From Chrysomallon squamiferum (taxonomy: Eukaryota > Animalia > Mollusca), in assembly GCA_012295275.1 (NCBI GenBank), contig CM022675.1, forward strand, positions 14,322,001-14,386,000: a stretch of DNA of 64,000 nucleotides. The letters run 5' to 3'. Every line of letters begins with the position of its first letter. Within the stretch, counting starts at the first letter, position 1. Below the pieces are notes generated by a model. It was not told where the DNA came from and ran no database searches. It saw only the letters and a list, made by a program, of their open reading frames with translations. Below, piece by piece: positions 10,801-32,897 of the stretch. Position numbers and translations under genes: made by a program.

Positions 10801-13800
10801 GTATTGTGACACTAGAAAAGAAATAAAAATCTTGATTGATTTAGTGAATAACTTTAATTATAGATTGCATCTTTACTTTGCTGGTTGCTGAAATTAGGCT
10901 GCACATAATCAGTGACTTGTGGATTTATGTTGTGCAATGTGTAAATTGTTAACCATCAGTAGAGGATGATGGTTTCTACTCATCAAAAAGTCATTTAACT
11001 GAGACCTAAAAACTGTTTACCATAAATGTGAAGATGTGTCTGTTTGTCATTTTGGTCAGTAATAACAGAAATGTCAGGATGAAGAGAAAAACAAGAAAAC
11101 ATTGGTCTAGAGTTTGATTACTGAGAACACTCAGCTCTTCCATGACCCTTTTAGTTTGTTCTGAACCCGAAAGAATATTATTTAAAATTTTGGTTTTTGC
11201 CTGTACTTTAATATTGAATATTTGTTTTAAAGGCAAAAATGACAAAACATTATTAATGTATATATACAACTGCAGTAATGATTTTGCTGTAATTATAATT
11301 TTTGGCATTTACAAGCATATTAAAACATTGATTAATTAATTCAGTTTTGTGCACTTGCTAAGTTAAAATTAAGATATTTAATTTGTATTTCAGTCTTTCA
11401 TAGCATTACTTGACAACCATCTCTGTCATCCTCTGATGAAAACTATCCTTCCACAACTTGGAAAACATATTTTTGATGTCTCGGAAATTGTCCGTGTGTC
11501 TGTCATGAACTTGCTGCTTAGAGTCCAGCACATCAGAACTATTAAGGTGATTTTCAGATGCAGAATAATTATTTAATTATTAATCAACAGCTTATTATTT
11601 TACTGATATTGTTATGGTTAAGTAGCTTTTCAAATAGTCACATGGATTAGTTTTTAAAAAAGAAATTCCTTAATTATTTAATAAAATAGTTTTTAAATTC
11701 CTATTCAGTTTTGCTTTATTTTTTCTTAATTTTTCTTACATTTAAAATTGTCTTTAGTTCAGACTTAATGTTTTGTATAAAATGTTTGATATAAATATTA
11801 TTATTTATAAATACAAATAGAAACATTGATCTTTAAAAAAATTTCTTTATAAAGTTATATTTTACTATTATATATATATTTTTATTTAAAAACATTACTT
11901 TCATAACTTTTTTTTCATGAAATCATCCCAGCTATGTCAGCCTAATCCAATATAGTCTTACATACATTTATATATTCAGCCTCTGACCATTGTTCCGATT
12001 GACGACTTACTGTCGACTCTGGAGGATGACACACCTGCTGTGTGTCGCCGCATTGTGAAGCTTCTTTTCCACAGCTACATTGTCCTAGATGAGCCGGAAA
12101 ATGTTCAGATATCTCGAATAATTCATCTGATAGAACTGAACCCTGCAGCATCGAGAGTGTTTTTCTTGTATGCAGTCAAACACATGAATTTACAGGAGAC
12201 AGGTACAAAACACACAAACACACAAACACACACAAACACACCCATAATTACATGAATGTAAAATATTAAAAACTGTTGTATTTCATAATTATTATTATTA
12301 ATATTACTGTTTTGTTTCATAGATATTTGTTTTTACTCTTCTTTTAAAATACCTAACAAAATGAAATTTTCCTGCAGGCTATAATGATTGTTTTCATATG
12401 TGCATGAGCTGTTAAAAATAATTCTTGCCTTGTGAGTCATGAGTGGAACTACTTCATATACATTCAGAACTTTCTTCATCATTTTTATTTATTTATTTGT
12501 TTATTTTCAGTGAACTACATGGTAACTTTGTGCAGGTTTGTGTTATTAATTGTGATCAAAGCAAATCGAAACAACCAGGAACAAAATGAAGACAGTCTTG
12601 ACCCTATAGAAGACAATCAGGAAGAAATAGATGTGAGTTTACTGAAATATTATCTTTATACATATACATAATATTTTTAACAGAAATAAAATAAAATTCT
12701 GTCAATATAAATTTAAACAGTTTGTTAATGGACTGGACTATCAAAAGGCAGTAAAATTATTAAATAAATAATAAATATAATTAAACCTAAATGTTGAATA
12801 TTAATCTTTGAGATGTGCAAATTGTGTATATGTTTTCTTACAAAATATGTGGTTATTGTCTTAAGGTACCTTTCCTAAATAATTCAAGAACTAAATGAAA
12901 TTAACTTTTGTTTCGGAACTTACCACTCTTGAGAATATCAGAATCTACATAATATATTGTTTTCATTTTTGCTTACATATGAGTTCTACAGATTAGCAGT
13001 TATGCAAATTTCTTAAGTTCTTTTTCTGATATTTGTTTGTCAGAAGACAGTTTTATGAACTTGACAATATATGCATAGTGTTATTCTTTAATGATGCCAC
13101 CAGAAACCAGGATAACTTCAGAAGTTGATTTTGTGAAAAGATCTGTTTTTATGAAAAATAGTGTAACATTTTATTATTTGTGGTATACATCTACAGTTTC
13201 AAACTTTTTTTGTTTGATAGTTTGAACAAGATGAAAATTTAAGAATTTATTTTTCAGTGTGATGAGGAAGGAGAAGGGGATAGTGAAATTACAATGAAAG
13301 ATGAAAACATTCTGACTAAAATTTTGGATGGTTTAGTAATAATGTGGACATCAGTGACAGATGAACTTTTCAAAGTAAGTGAAATTTGTCTTTGTGTTAC
13401 TGACCTCCATGTGTGTAATTTTTGCAAATTGCTGTATGTTCATTCACTCATGTTAAAAGTTTATAAATAATGTCTTTATCAATTAACTGTAACTTTACTA
13501 AAAGAATATATTTATTTAAAATTTTTAAAAGTTTATATTCAAAAATTTTATATAGGATAAAAGGTAAGAAAATGTAGAGATAAAAAAGGAATAATGAAAA
13601 CTTTTTTTTTTTTTTATTCCACAGCCTAAAAATTCTGATTTACGGCAGCAGCTGAAGAAGAAGATGAGTGTTGCTGTAACGCAGATGTTGAAAGCTTTTC
13701 AGGTGTTTTTTTAATAATTGTTTTTGTAGAAGTGCCTCTGTAGTGTTTTTGTTCATATTTTGTGTACATATAGGAACAGAAATATACTTGTGTAAATTAA

Positions 13801-16800
13801 ATTATATATATATATATATAGGTTTCAAAGCTGAAATTAAATACTTTGTTTATGTACTTTTTACATTTGGTGGTGTGTGCTGGTATCTGGTTCAGTATTT
13901 TAATTGCATATAATCATCAATGGTGCAAATTAAGCAACATATCAGTTTACTGAAGAACAAACCAATAGGGCAAAAATATTTGAAAAACTGTTCCAATATT
14001 GTATAATGAGACTGAATACATTTTAATCACAAAAATATTGCCGTTTTTCATATAACAGTTAAATAAGTATGGTGCCAATGTTTGATAGTCAGATCTTTAA
14101 TCTGTTCTTGCTCATTACAAATTTTGTTTACATATATGCAGATATATAATCTATAATAATTATTTACTTTACAGAAATCTTTGTTATGCTGTTTCTGTTT
14201 CTGTTAGGTGTGATTAATTTCCAAATGCCAAAAATTGTCTAATTGTTTTGATTGTTTTTTTATTGTTGATAGACCCCTCAAGCATACACAGCAATTATGA
14301 TGTTAGCTGCAAATGTTTCACCTAGCCAGGTTCCCATGTTAAGGTGAGTTGTGATGGCTAAAATAATTATTTATATATATATATATTTATGAAATATGAT
14401 ACAGCAACAGTTCTTCTTTGGCGAGTACTGAATACTCAGGAAATCATGTTAATGGCGGTTCTAAAGTGAAATTTAAAAAATATATATATTTATTTGTACA
14501 TAGATTTATTCAACCATACATAACAATATGTATCTATGTCATATAAATTAGTAACTAATGAAACAAAATCAGATGCTAAAAAAATATGAAATTGGGATCC
14601 AATCCAGTACCAAAATAATGTTTATTTAGTTTATTTATTCATACATTTAAATCAGAAAAATAAAAGTTGTATAATAGAAATTTTATTACTATATTTTTAA
14701 ATAAAAGTTTGCTTGATATTTTTTTTTTTTTTTATTTACTCATTCATTCGTTTATTTATTATTTAAATCAAAACTATATATCATTTTAGTTTTTAAAATT
14801 TATCTAGATGCTTATTTTTATATTTATTCTTTTGTTCATTAATTTATTTATTAAATCAAAACTATATATTATAATTTTCTTGGATAATTTTATTTTTTAT
14901 TTACTTATTCATTAATTTATTTATTATTTAAATCAAAACTATATTTGTAAAACTATTCCAATATAGCATGTATGATGAGACTGAATACATTTTAATCACA
15001 AAAATATTGCTGTTTTCTTTCAAATAAAAGTTAAATATAAATTGTGACTACATTTTTTATTTATTTATTCATTTATTTATTATTTAAATCGAAAAAATAT
15101 TTGAAAAACTATTCCAATATAGCATGTGTAAGTTGAGTGAATTTTAGTTTTTAAAATTTAGCTAGATGCTTATTTTGCTTATTCATTCATGTATATGTTT
15201 AAATATGTGTGATTTGCAAATTTTAAAGATTAAAAAAAAAGGATTGGTATAATTAGAAGTGATGTAAATTTTAGTCGGAGCTGTATGTCAAAGCTACGTA
15301 AAATGAGTGTTGAGACAAGCAGTGATGCATTCGGAGTTCTGCTCGAAGCGATGTGCAAGTGGGGTAAAACAGACGAGGTTCTTGATCAGGTTTCCGATTG
15401 GCTGAAACTGGAGGTCACACAGAAAAGAGAATCGCTGCAATCATCTTCAAAAAGGGTCAGAATAAAAAAAATGTATTTAGCTAACTTTTGTTGATCATGG
15501 AATGAAACAATTTTTATACTCAAGTTGATATTAATAAATGATTAGATTGCTTTTGAAATAGTTCATGGATTAAATACAATTTTAGTATTTAATTTGATAA
15601 TTTTACCAGTTTGTTTTCTAGAATTTCTTCTATTTTAGACTTGTTAATTTTTATATTTTTTTACCTTATTATTAATTTTATTAGTTGCAAACATTTTGTT
15701 GTTTTTTTTGCAATAATAAACAACCAAAAAGGTGTTTCAGGCTGTTTAATCACTTCATTAAGGGGGCATTTTAACAGGAAAAGCTCACTAATTTCAAAAC
15801 CAACACATAAAAATGTGAAAAAGCCAATAATTATTTTTGTTAACACAGGGTAAAACAGTGAAGAAAAATGTCTGCTTTGTGGATCCTGTGAACCCTAAAC
15901 CAAAGCTGGCAGTGAACTTCTTAATGTTTCTCCTCCGTCATCCAATATGTCAGCAGATTGTGCTGTCAGCTCATAGAAAGGAACTGGCTCAGATTAAAAC
16001 TATTCTGGCTGATGTACAGGTAGGTGTAATACCAAGTCATATTTATCAGTGTTACTGAATAATTCTTATATCTTAAACTACTCTTACTCACATTCATTTT
16101 TTTCTCAATTGTATTTGTTGGATTATTTTAAGAAATGGTGGGAAATTCATATTGCTGAATTTTTTGTTTATGACAAAACAGCATATTTGAATAAATTTGG
16201 TCTTGGTTTTATAGGAATGTAAATAATAATAATAATCATATAAAATAAATTTATGTCTGTTTTATAAGAATGTAAATAATGATAATAAAAATCTTTTATT
16301 ATTTATTTTTTTAATTATCACCTTATAGGTGTCTTCCAGACAATCAGAACGTTTCTTAACACACAATATTTTAATTTCACAGCATTAGGAACTGTTCTGA
16401 AAAGTCATTTAAAATATCAGTACAATATCCAGATCTTGTTACATTATAATCTAGGGTGCATTATAATGTTAGAAATTTAGAATGTGTATGTATGGATTTT
16501 GTGTCACTATTTTATTTTATTTTAAGAATTTGTTTTCTTTCAGAAAGTAATTGAAAATATCATAATAGGTGATGAAAATCCTGACTTGGTAACTGACGTG
16601 GAATTTCTTGAATCAGGATTTTCTACATACCTCAGTTTGTGTGTGCTTCTCAATGATGTGGTAAGCAGAATTCTGTCAGTAAGATCTTTTTTACTGGGTG
16701 CTGTGATTTATTGAAAACTCTGTCATTCTTAATGTTTTTTGGCTAAGAAAAATAATAAATTAAAAAACAATTTAACATATCCATTCATTTACATACAGCA

Positions 16801-19800
16801 GACATGCAACATAAACAGATGATGAAAAAAAAAAAAACAACACACACACACAAAAAGAAAGATATACAAACATGTCTAATCATATTCATAAATAAACATA
16901 TCAAAAGTTTTTAAAAAGCAACAAAAATAATTTAATTTTCAATAGAACTAAGATTTTTTTTTTTTTTTTTTTTTATATATTTTTTATATTCATGCTGTAT
17001 TTTCTTATACAGGTGTATGATGAAATAAAAACTGTAAATTTATTTTCAGAATAACACTAACACAGATTCTGTCCACACATTAAAAACACTTGTTAGATGG
17101 GCAGATTCTGTTCTTGTCCCAGCCCTGGGGGTGAAGCTGGAGAAATCTGTCACAGGAAAACAAAAAAAACACCTTTATGACACAACTCTTGGACAGTCTG
17201 TGATGCTGTCTGATGAGCCATCACAGACGTTGTCACAGTCAAAGAAGAAGATACTGAATGTAACGCTGGGATCGACATTGTTGATGTCGGCAGATGAAGG
17301 GGCATCAGGAACAAAGCGAGAATCTGTTTCAGAGAAGTCAGTGTTTACACCTGCAGTAGGCAGAGGTCGAAAGAGGTCAACGTTTTATGATGCATCTGCT
17401 CTTTCACAGAAGATTATCACAGTATGTGAATATAAATAGTTAATTTTATTATTATAATTATTATAGCTGTTATTATTATTGTTATTATATTATTATTATT
17501 ATTATTGTTATTATATTTGTATTTTTTATTATTAATAATACAAAAAAGTTGAATATATAATTGTTATTCTTATTATAAAAAGTTAGATATGTACTGTTAT
17601 ATATATTAGAACTTTATTTACTAGAAAATACGTCTAGAAGCACAGCAGACATTTTTGTTATTATATCAGCAGATCTCTTGGAAACAGAATGTAATCAATA
17701 TTAAAAAAATTTCTTCATCTTGTATTATTTTTATTATATTATAAAATTGTTCTACTTCAGAAATTACTGGAATTCAGTAGTAATGCTCTTCTGGTTGGAA
17801 TTGGAGATGCAGAGATCACTAACAGCCTGTGCAATGTTTGTATTGGCTGTTTACAACAAGGTCAATAATTGATAAGTAATTATAAACATATTTAGATTTT
17901 TTGATATCTGAAATAGACTATTGTTTTATAAATAGTAAAAATAGTAGTGTACTGAAGCTGAATTGCATTACATGAGTTAGAATTGTTAAACACAAATAAT
18001 ATAACCAGATAATTGAACAACCAATTTTTTTTTATAAAGTTTGTATATTTTTATAACTTGTCATGACTGATTTTAGAAATAAAATGTAATAAGGATTTTG
18101 TTTGAACAGTGACACACTTATCACTGAAATATTTATTAACTAATTTTTGTAAATCAAAATTATTGTTTGATTTTTTTCAGATGACCAACTGGAAATGCTT
18201 GACAGTGTTCTTGGCTGCTTGTTTCAAGTGGCAGAATTTCGATACGCAAATCATATCAGAATACATGATGATAGTGACGTAACTATACCACACTGCATGG
18301 GCAAGGTCTTTGTTGCTATGGCAGCATACCTCAAACAGCATAGCACTACCTATGAAAAGGTTTAAATCTTGTATTATACATTTGTCATTATTGATTTTAA
18401 TCATAATCCTTGTTTATTTATTTAGAAGAATTTTACTGAAAAAGCATAATATATCAAATGACAATAAGATCTGATAATTATATTTAATTTTAAATTCTGA
18501 AAAATTGATTTTGTGATTTGCTATTTAAATTTAAAACATATTGACATTTTAAGAAATGAATAAAAATTTCTCGAGTGATTCAGTTCCTAACAAATAAATA
18601 AAGCCAAAATCGTTTTTACTGGGTGACAAAATGATTATAAATGTGCAGTTAAAATGACTGAATACAAACACTGTTGTTATTAATCCTAAATTCATTTTTT
18701 TATTATCATAATTCAATTTTTTTTTTTAGCTGTTTTCTGAAGTGCAGAACACCCTATCAGAAATATTTAATACAGTTATAAAACATCGTGTAACTGATAC
18801 TGAAACTTTGAAGGCACTCACTGCAAGAATTGTTGCAGCTGTTTTAGCAGAACTTGCTAATGCCAGCAAAGAGGTGAGTGTTACTTTGGTTTCATTATTC
18901 TGGAATTTTGTTTTTTCTTTACCCAAAATATACCAATAAATTTGTGGAAGTGTTGCCTAATTAATACATAAAGACAACAAATGTACTGTTAGTTAAAAAA
19001 AAAACAAAGCAAAACAACCTCCTTAAGGAGCTAAAGCATAACTGGAAAAACGCCAGATGGATATGGAATGTATATGGGGAGGTGTGTGTGTGTATTTGGG
19101 ATTGAAGATTCTGTTAGGTACAGCTGATTAAACTTTGCAAACAGTATTCAAGAATGTATTGGTACAAGCAGACACAGTCCAATCATGACCTGGCCTTGAA
19201 TGTATATAGGTAGGTAATGTGTGTGTGTGTGTGTAAAAAGTTCAAAATAATTGAAAATAATAATTGTTACTATTACTTTTTTTTTTGGTATAAAAATTTA
19301 CATGAAATTAAGTTTTTGTTATTTAAAAGGATTATCTAGGTGAGGTGAGAGCAGTTCTGACAGCTCTGTCTCCATTGTCTGCTTTGTTGCTGTCCATTCT
19401 ACACAAGAAAGCAATAAGTCGACAGTAAGCTTCAAAGAAATAATCCAGTTATTAAAACAGTTTGTAGTTTCAACTCAAAACATAACAGTAAAAATTACAT
19501 TTTAGTTCTTATTTATTTAAAACTTGCTTGGGTACATCTTTTTTTTTCTTCTTTTTTTTTTTTTCTGCCTGCTGCAGTAACCCATGGTATATGCATAACT
19601 AGGAGAATTATTGGTACTCAAGCTTTTTCAAATTCAGGTTGTAATAAATAAATATTTTTCTTTTGATTCCGCTGTAGGGTGGGGAATTATAAAATGAAAA
19701 AGTAATAATTTCCTATTTTAAAAAAAAAAATAATAATAATAAAATGTGCTAATAGTTATATTTATTTATTTTTCACATTTATTATTAAATAGATATTAAG

Positions 19801-20911
19801 TCATTGTTAACAAAATTCAGTATCAAAAACTAGTAGATTAATTTCTTTTTTCTTCTTTATTTTTGGTAACATTTATTCTATATATATATATATACATATA
19901 ATTTTTATTTTTATCTGTTCAGGATCTTCACACAAGAATTGCTCTCATTCATCAAGGCAGCCCCTATCACAGATATTCACATGGTCCATGGGTGTGTTCA
20001 GCTTATTGCCACCCTCAGAAAAAGTAAGAATAACTTCTATTTTATCATTTATTATTTCTAGTTCTTCTTGCCAGGAAAAAGCAAAATGGCTCAGCAGTGT
20101 ACGAGTGTGCTTCAGAATACAGTTGGCTGTTACATAGATCTGAAGCTTATAAAATATCTCAAATAAAATATTGTAGCCATCATGCAATTTCAAAATGTTA
20201 AATTAAGTCACGAACAAATATTTGACATCAGCTCTTCACTGTAAAGGATATTTTTCATGACTAAAAACAGTTTAGACTTTGGATATTTCCATACTATTAT
20301 TTTATTTATTTTTACCAGTTGTATCATATAAAGTTAAAATTATTATTCTTATATAACCTTCTTTTACCAGCTAAATTCTCCAGTGAACTTTTATCTGAAT
20401 GTGTGGATTCACTGAAGCCTTTAATTGACAGTTTGCAAAGTGAAAATTGTGATGTGGAGGTTACTTTCAGGTAAATTATATAAATAATTCAAGTTATTTA
20501 TTGGTAATCAATACAAATTATATAACTGTAATTTCAGTTGTTGTAAACAAAATGTGTAGTTTGTGTGACAAAAATATTTTTCAGAAATAAATAGCCAAGA
20601 GATAAATATTTTAAAACTTGTATATTTAATGAAATGTTTATAATGACATTTTTATTTATTTTCTCTTTTATTTCAGTTGATTATATTTTAGATCTTAAAG
20701 AAACACACATTTACACTCCCACATATATACATAAAAGTGTTTTAAAACAAACCTTTTTGTATAAAATTTGGTAATTCATTTATTCACTTAAAGGTTCATT
20801 TTTATCATTTTAATTTAATGTTTAATAATCTTGCATATTTTTTTTCATTACAGAGAGACACTGACACAAATCAGGAACAAACTAAATCCTGAATGTACAT
20901 CAAACAAATAG
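4566..20911 (+). CDS. NCAPG2: Condensin-2 complex subunit G2 (HEAT-repeat), 28 coding exons, ~1220 aa
   Basis: Exons read by hand, all GT-AG with consistent phases: 4566-4640, 4959-5093, 5719-5836, 6293-6453, 6976-7110, 7434-7528, 7953-8022, 8433-8525, 8728-8820, 9943-10068, 10413-10592, 11394-11546, 11980-12202, 12511-12632, 13258-13374, 13625-13702, 14273-14343, 15275-15455, 15849-16019, 16544-16660, 17050-17421, 17761-17860, 18181-18359, 18730-18873, 19330-19424, 19923-20023, 20371-20470, 20854-20911 (TAG); sum 3663 nt. Peptides match vertebrate NCAPG2 as I recall it: GRRFLSFVF, GEIYFLAW, VDEMLFRLYSPILWRSFKVANHTVRANAALLLCDVFPLTDP, QKQFDLL, YWEMIP, DASSAEVR, LDNHLCHPLMK, LLEAMCKWG, KPKLA. 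Confidence 0.95.
4741..4828. repeat. (CT)n(CA)n microsatellite
   Basis: Directly visible in NCAPG2 intron 1. Confidence 0.95.
6575..6975 (+). repeat. Degenerate 62-bp tandem repeat ending at the NCAPG2 exon 5 acceptor
   Basis: tttatttttca(g/a) motifs end at 6603, 6665, 6727, 6789, 6851, 6913 and 6975, exactly 62 bp apart; shared atcagtaaaaggttaacatactg segment. Confidence 0.9.
9295..9965 (+). repeat. Degenerate tandem repeat (~105-175 bp units) containing copies of the NCAPG2 exon 10 acceptor and exon start
   Basis: aatgtt(t)cag/cac followed by variants of gtggcaaatcataca, ending at 9387, 9505, 9678, 9836 and the true site 9942; shared gcacatt, tagcaaag and tttat(g/a)agtat segments. Confidence 0.85.
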
Positions 20912-22266
20912 ATTTGAGAAAGAGACTGATTAATCTGGGATATATCCAAGAAACATATATATATATATATAAAAACTATCTTTGAAAATATTTCTGACAG
21001 ACCACATTTTTATTTTTCACTAAAGGCTCTCGTATTTAGACTGAGTTGAAACATTTGAACAATCTTTTTATAGGAGCAAGCTGTTGTATAGTCAGTTTGG
21101 TTTTTCACACAATCAGAGACACATGTATCCCAAACATCAGCTGTTTCAAACTGACTAATTTCATTAGTTGTAGACATTCTCTGTAAATAATATTTATTCA
21201 CCTTCTAACTCTGAAGTTAATCTTTTATCACTGCAACAAAGTTTATGATAGGCAACACATATTTAGAAATACCATGAGATGAATCTTAGAATTATTTGAT
21301 ATTAATTTCTTTCATAATAAAAAATAATATTGACTGTCAAAACTTATGCATTTGTATTTCCATAATGTCACCATGACGAATTTTGTAGACTAAAACTATA
21401 AATAACTAATGTTAGTCTGAAGAGCCATACTAACTGGCAATGAGACAGGTTACTATTAGCATTGCTTACATTCATAATACACAGATTTTAGAGCAAGCTT
21501 TAGCAGACAGAGGCCATTATGGTTATAAATATACGATTCACTGTTGTAGATTTCACTGACCAATGAAATTGCTTGTTAAAAATTTTACACCTGAATCTTA
21601 TCAATAAAATTCATGGATGCCAACTGGTCATTTATTGTGACTACTCACAATTTACATATGACTGACTTATAATATGCATTTTCACATTCGTTTCAAGATT
21701 TAGAATATTCAGTGTCATTATTTTCACAGCAAATTTTAAATTTGTTAATAATTAAAAACCTATGACAAATGAATTCTTTAAAACATGTATATCATTTTTA
21801 CATTTTTCTTACTAAATAAAACTTTATCTGTATTAATATATGTATTTGTTGTTTTTCAGCTATACTGTTACATTTTTCTATTTTTTGAGAATTAAATTAA
21901 TTCCTATTTAATGTATATATGAAACTTAAAGTTTTATGATTAATTATATATAAAATTAAATCTATAAAAAATTAGAAAGAAATTACAATAGTAATAAAAT
22001 GTGTATGTGTATGTATATATATATATATATATTTTAAAAAATATATATAGTAAATAATAAAAAAATTAAGAGAAGAAAATATTAACAAAAAAACCCCACA
22101 TTTATTCTCCATAACATTTAAAAAATATATATTTATTTTATTGAATAGATTGCATAAACTTTGTATCTTTTGTTTTTAATTAAGGCATATAATTTGTATC
22201 AACTGCATTTCCTACAAATATTTAAAGTCTAGCATACTCATGCTCTCTCTCGCACGCACACACACA

Positions 22267-22297
<31 letters not shown>

Positions 22298-22458
22298 CAA
22301 ATGTACAACCCATTTAAATGTATGTAATTTGAATAGTTAAAAAGAAAACGCTTTCACAATATAGACAAGTTATTTTTACTTCATCTCAACATTAGTCATA
22401 TATATTTCTTGTTAATAAAAACTTTAATATGATCTTGTCACTTTGGTAGAAGCTGTGA

Positions 22459-30412
<7,954 letters not shown>

Positions 30413-30440
30413 TATTATTATTATTATTTTAATTCACAAA

Positions 30441-30535
30441 GTAAACATTTAATGTTTTCAGCAGATTATCGACGAAATCCGCCATATATGTAGTTGCTGG
30501 GAAACGAAATTATCCCGAGAGTGTTAACGGTTAGA
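30441..30535 (-). promoter_or_regulatory. Ciliary-gene promoter of TTC25: RFX X-box-like site, forkhead and Myb-like motifs
   Basis: GTTGCTGGGAAAC at 30493-30505 (X-box-like, ~80 bp upstream of the ATG), GTAAACA at 30441-30447, TAACGG near 30525. RFX/FOXJ1 control of motile-cilia genes is established; function of these particular sites is inferred. Confidence 0.6.
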
Positions 30536-31283
30536 AATTAATAAATGTTTTACAAAATATAATTATCTTATTTAAAATTTGTATCTACACATTTATTTCG
30601 ATGAACAAACAGTTTAATTTCGAAAACGTAATTTAACGTTTTCTCTTAAAAATAACGTGAAATGACAAAATGTTGAACAGAGTTATTTCCCTTAATTCAT
30701 AACGCATGTCTGTTGTTTTTTTCGAAACAAGAAAAGTAACTTATTTATTTATTATTACTCGTTTGGTTTATTTGACAGGGTTAATGAATTAGACTTCTGT
30801 GATGATTATGATGATGATTATGACACTAATGATGATCAGAGATAGCGGGAAAGAAATGCTACAGGAGTGTAAATAAATGAATGTATATTTAAACTAGAGA
30901 CGTTTTTGAAGTTTAAAAGATCAAGCGAATGTAGATTTTTAAATGTTTCTGAAAACATTTAGTTCTCGTTTACTACCATTGTTTGATGGAGGTGCAGCAT
31001 AACTCGTATAAATCCCCCTCCACTAGATGTCATCCCTCTCAAATTAATTTTATGATTTTTAAAAAAAAATTTATCAGCAAATAACATATTTGTATTTTAT
31101 ATATCTTTATAATGTTAACATAAAAAATTTACACCTTACAGGCATACGTCTACAAAAGAAAAGAAAAAGAGTAGAAAATGAACACATGTATTCATAAGTA
31201 TAGTTCTCAAAACACAAACACATACACAACAATAACAATTAATAATTCATATATACACATTAACCAATAAGGTTTTCAGACAA

Positions 31284-31330
<47 letters not shown>

Positions 31331-32005
31331 GTTTTTCGTAAAGTTTTGATAAGGAAAAACGATGACGATAAAAACTTTAATATTACCAAAAACAAAAGAA
31401 CGAGATTATTAAACCAATTTAACTTCTAATTGGCCCATTGCCCAAAGGAGTACTCTCCCGTAACTGCCAACTCTTTAGTTTCTTGAGGCTTGAGAAATCA
31501 CTAAGGCGATTCTCTCATAGATAGCAATCGTCTAATAACGTTTATTATCCCGTTCTTCCTGCATTTGTAACTGTTTATTAAACACCACTTAATCACAGAG
31601 ACTTCTATCCCTAGATCACATGTCACATTGATAGGTTTTATTTGCTTCTGTTACGTAATTTGGTTTTTGGTTCACACAGAAACGTGCAGTCGATACGTGC
31701 GACTATCACGCCTTTGGGAATTAACCGGTTAATTAGAGATTCTGTGTTATTTACTGTAATGTTAGTTAATAAAGTGGATAGGTCTGTTTTATTTTTTTAA
31801 ATTTATCTATTTTATTTTATTATTATTAGTATTATTTTTTTTTTTATTGCTGTTTTTGTTTTCTTGTTAAAATCCAGTTGTCAGTTTTACTGCTGTCAAA
31901 TAAACCATATTACAACAATTATAATAAATAGAAAAGTAAGTAAATTAAATGACAAACTCACACCCACACAAAGAAGAAAAAAAATTAAACAATTTTAAAA
32001 AACAA

Positions 32006-32076
<71 letters not shown>

Positions 32077-32161
32077 AAAAGCATCTATTTAGAACCTGTG
32101 CAACAGTTTAGTTTTAAACTGTGCATTTTGTTATTTATTCAAATTAAGAAAGAGATACTGG

Positions 32162-32199
<38 letters not shown>

Positions 32200-32535
32200 A
32201 AGCCAGGGTTTGATGGATATCGTTGTTAACACGGAGCAATGTTATGTTTCTCTTTTCTGCTGTCTGAAAGGTAATTATTTCCTCGGAAAGATGTCTTGTG
32301 AAAATTGTTTACGTTGAAGAAAATCTTGTAAAAATTTGCACAATCAATGAGGCGTAGCGGAGGAGCATTCGCCGGATATTGTAAGAAATTTGTTAAGATT
32401 TTATCATTTTTGTCGTCTTTGACTTCACGGCAACAAATTTAACAGCTATGCTAAACCGACACGCTCCGTTTCATGCCGCGTGACGCACGTGCACACAACA
32501 TTTGCTCGCGACGCCAGAAACCACTGGAATTTCCA

Positions 32536-32570
<35 letters not shown>

Positions 32571-32759
32571 GAAAATATGGTGTAGTGTATGAAATTGCTT
32601 TGCAATTATCTAGACACATAAAACATTTTAAGAAAAAAGCAAGATAAATAATAGGGCGCAAAAAGAAGAAGAAGAAGAAGAAAAATACAATTAGCAGTGA
32701 AGGATAAGGATAATAATAATAATAATAATATTGATAATAATAACCACGATTATAATAAC

Positions 32760-32829
<70 letters not shown>

Positions 32830-32857
32830 CTAAATATGTGTATCGATTTCTTACAAC

Positions 32858-32897
<40 letters not shown>

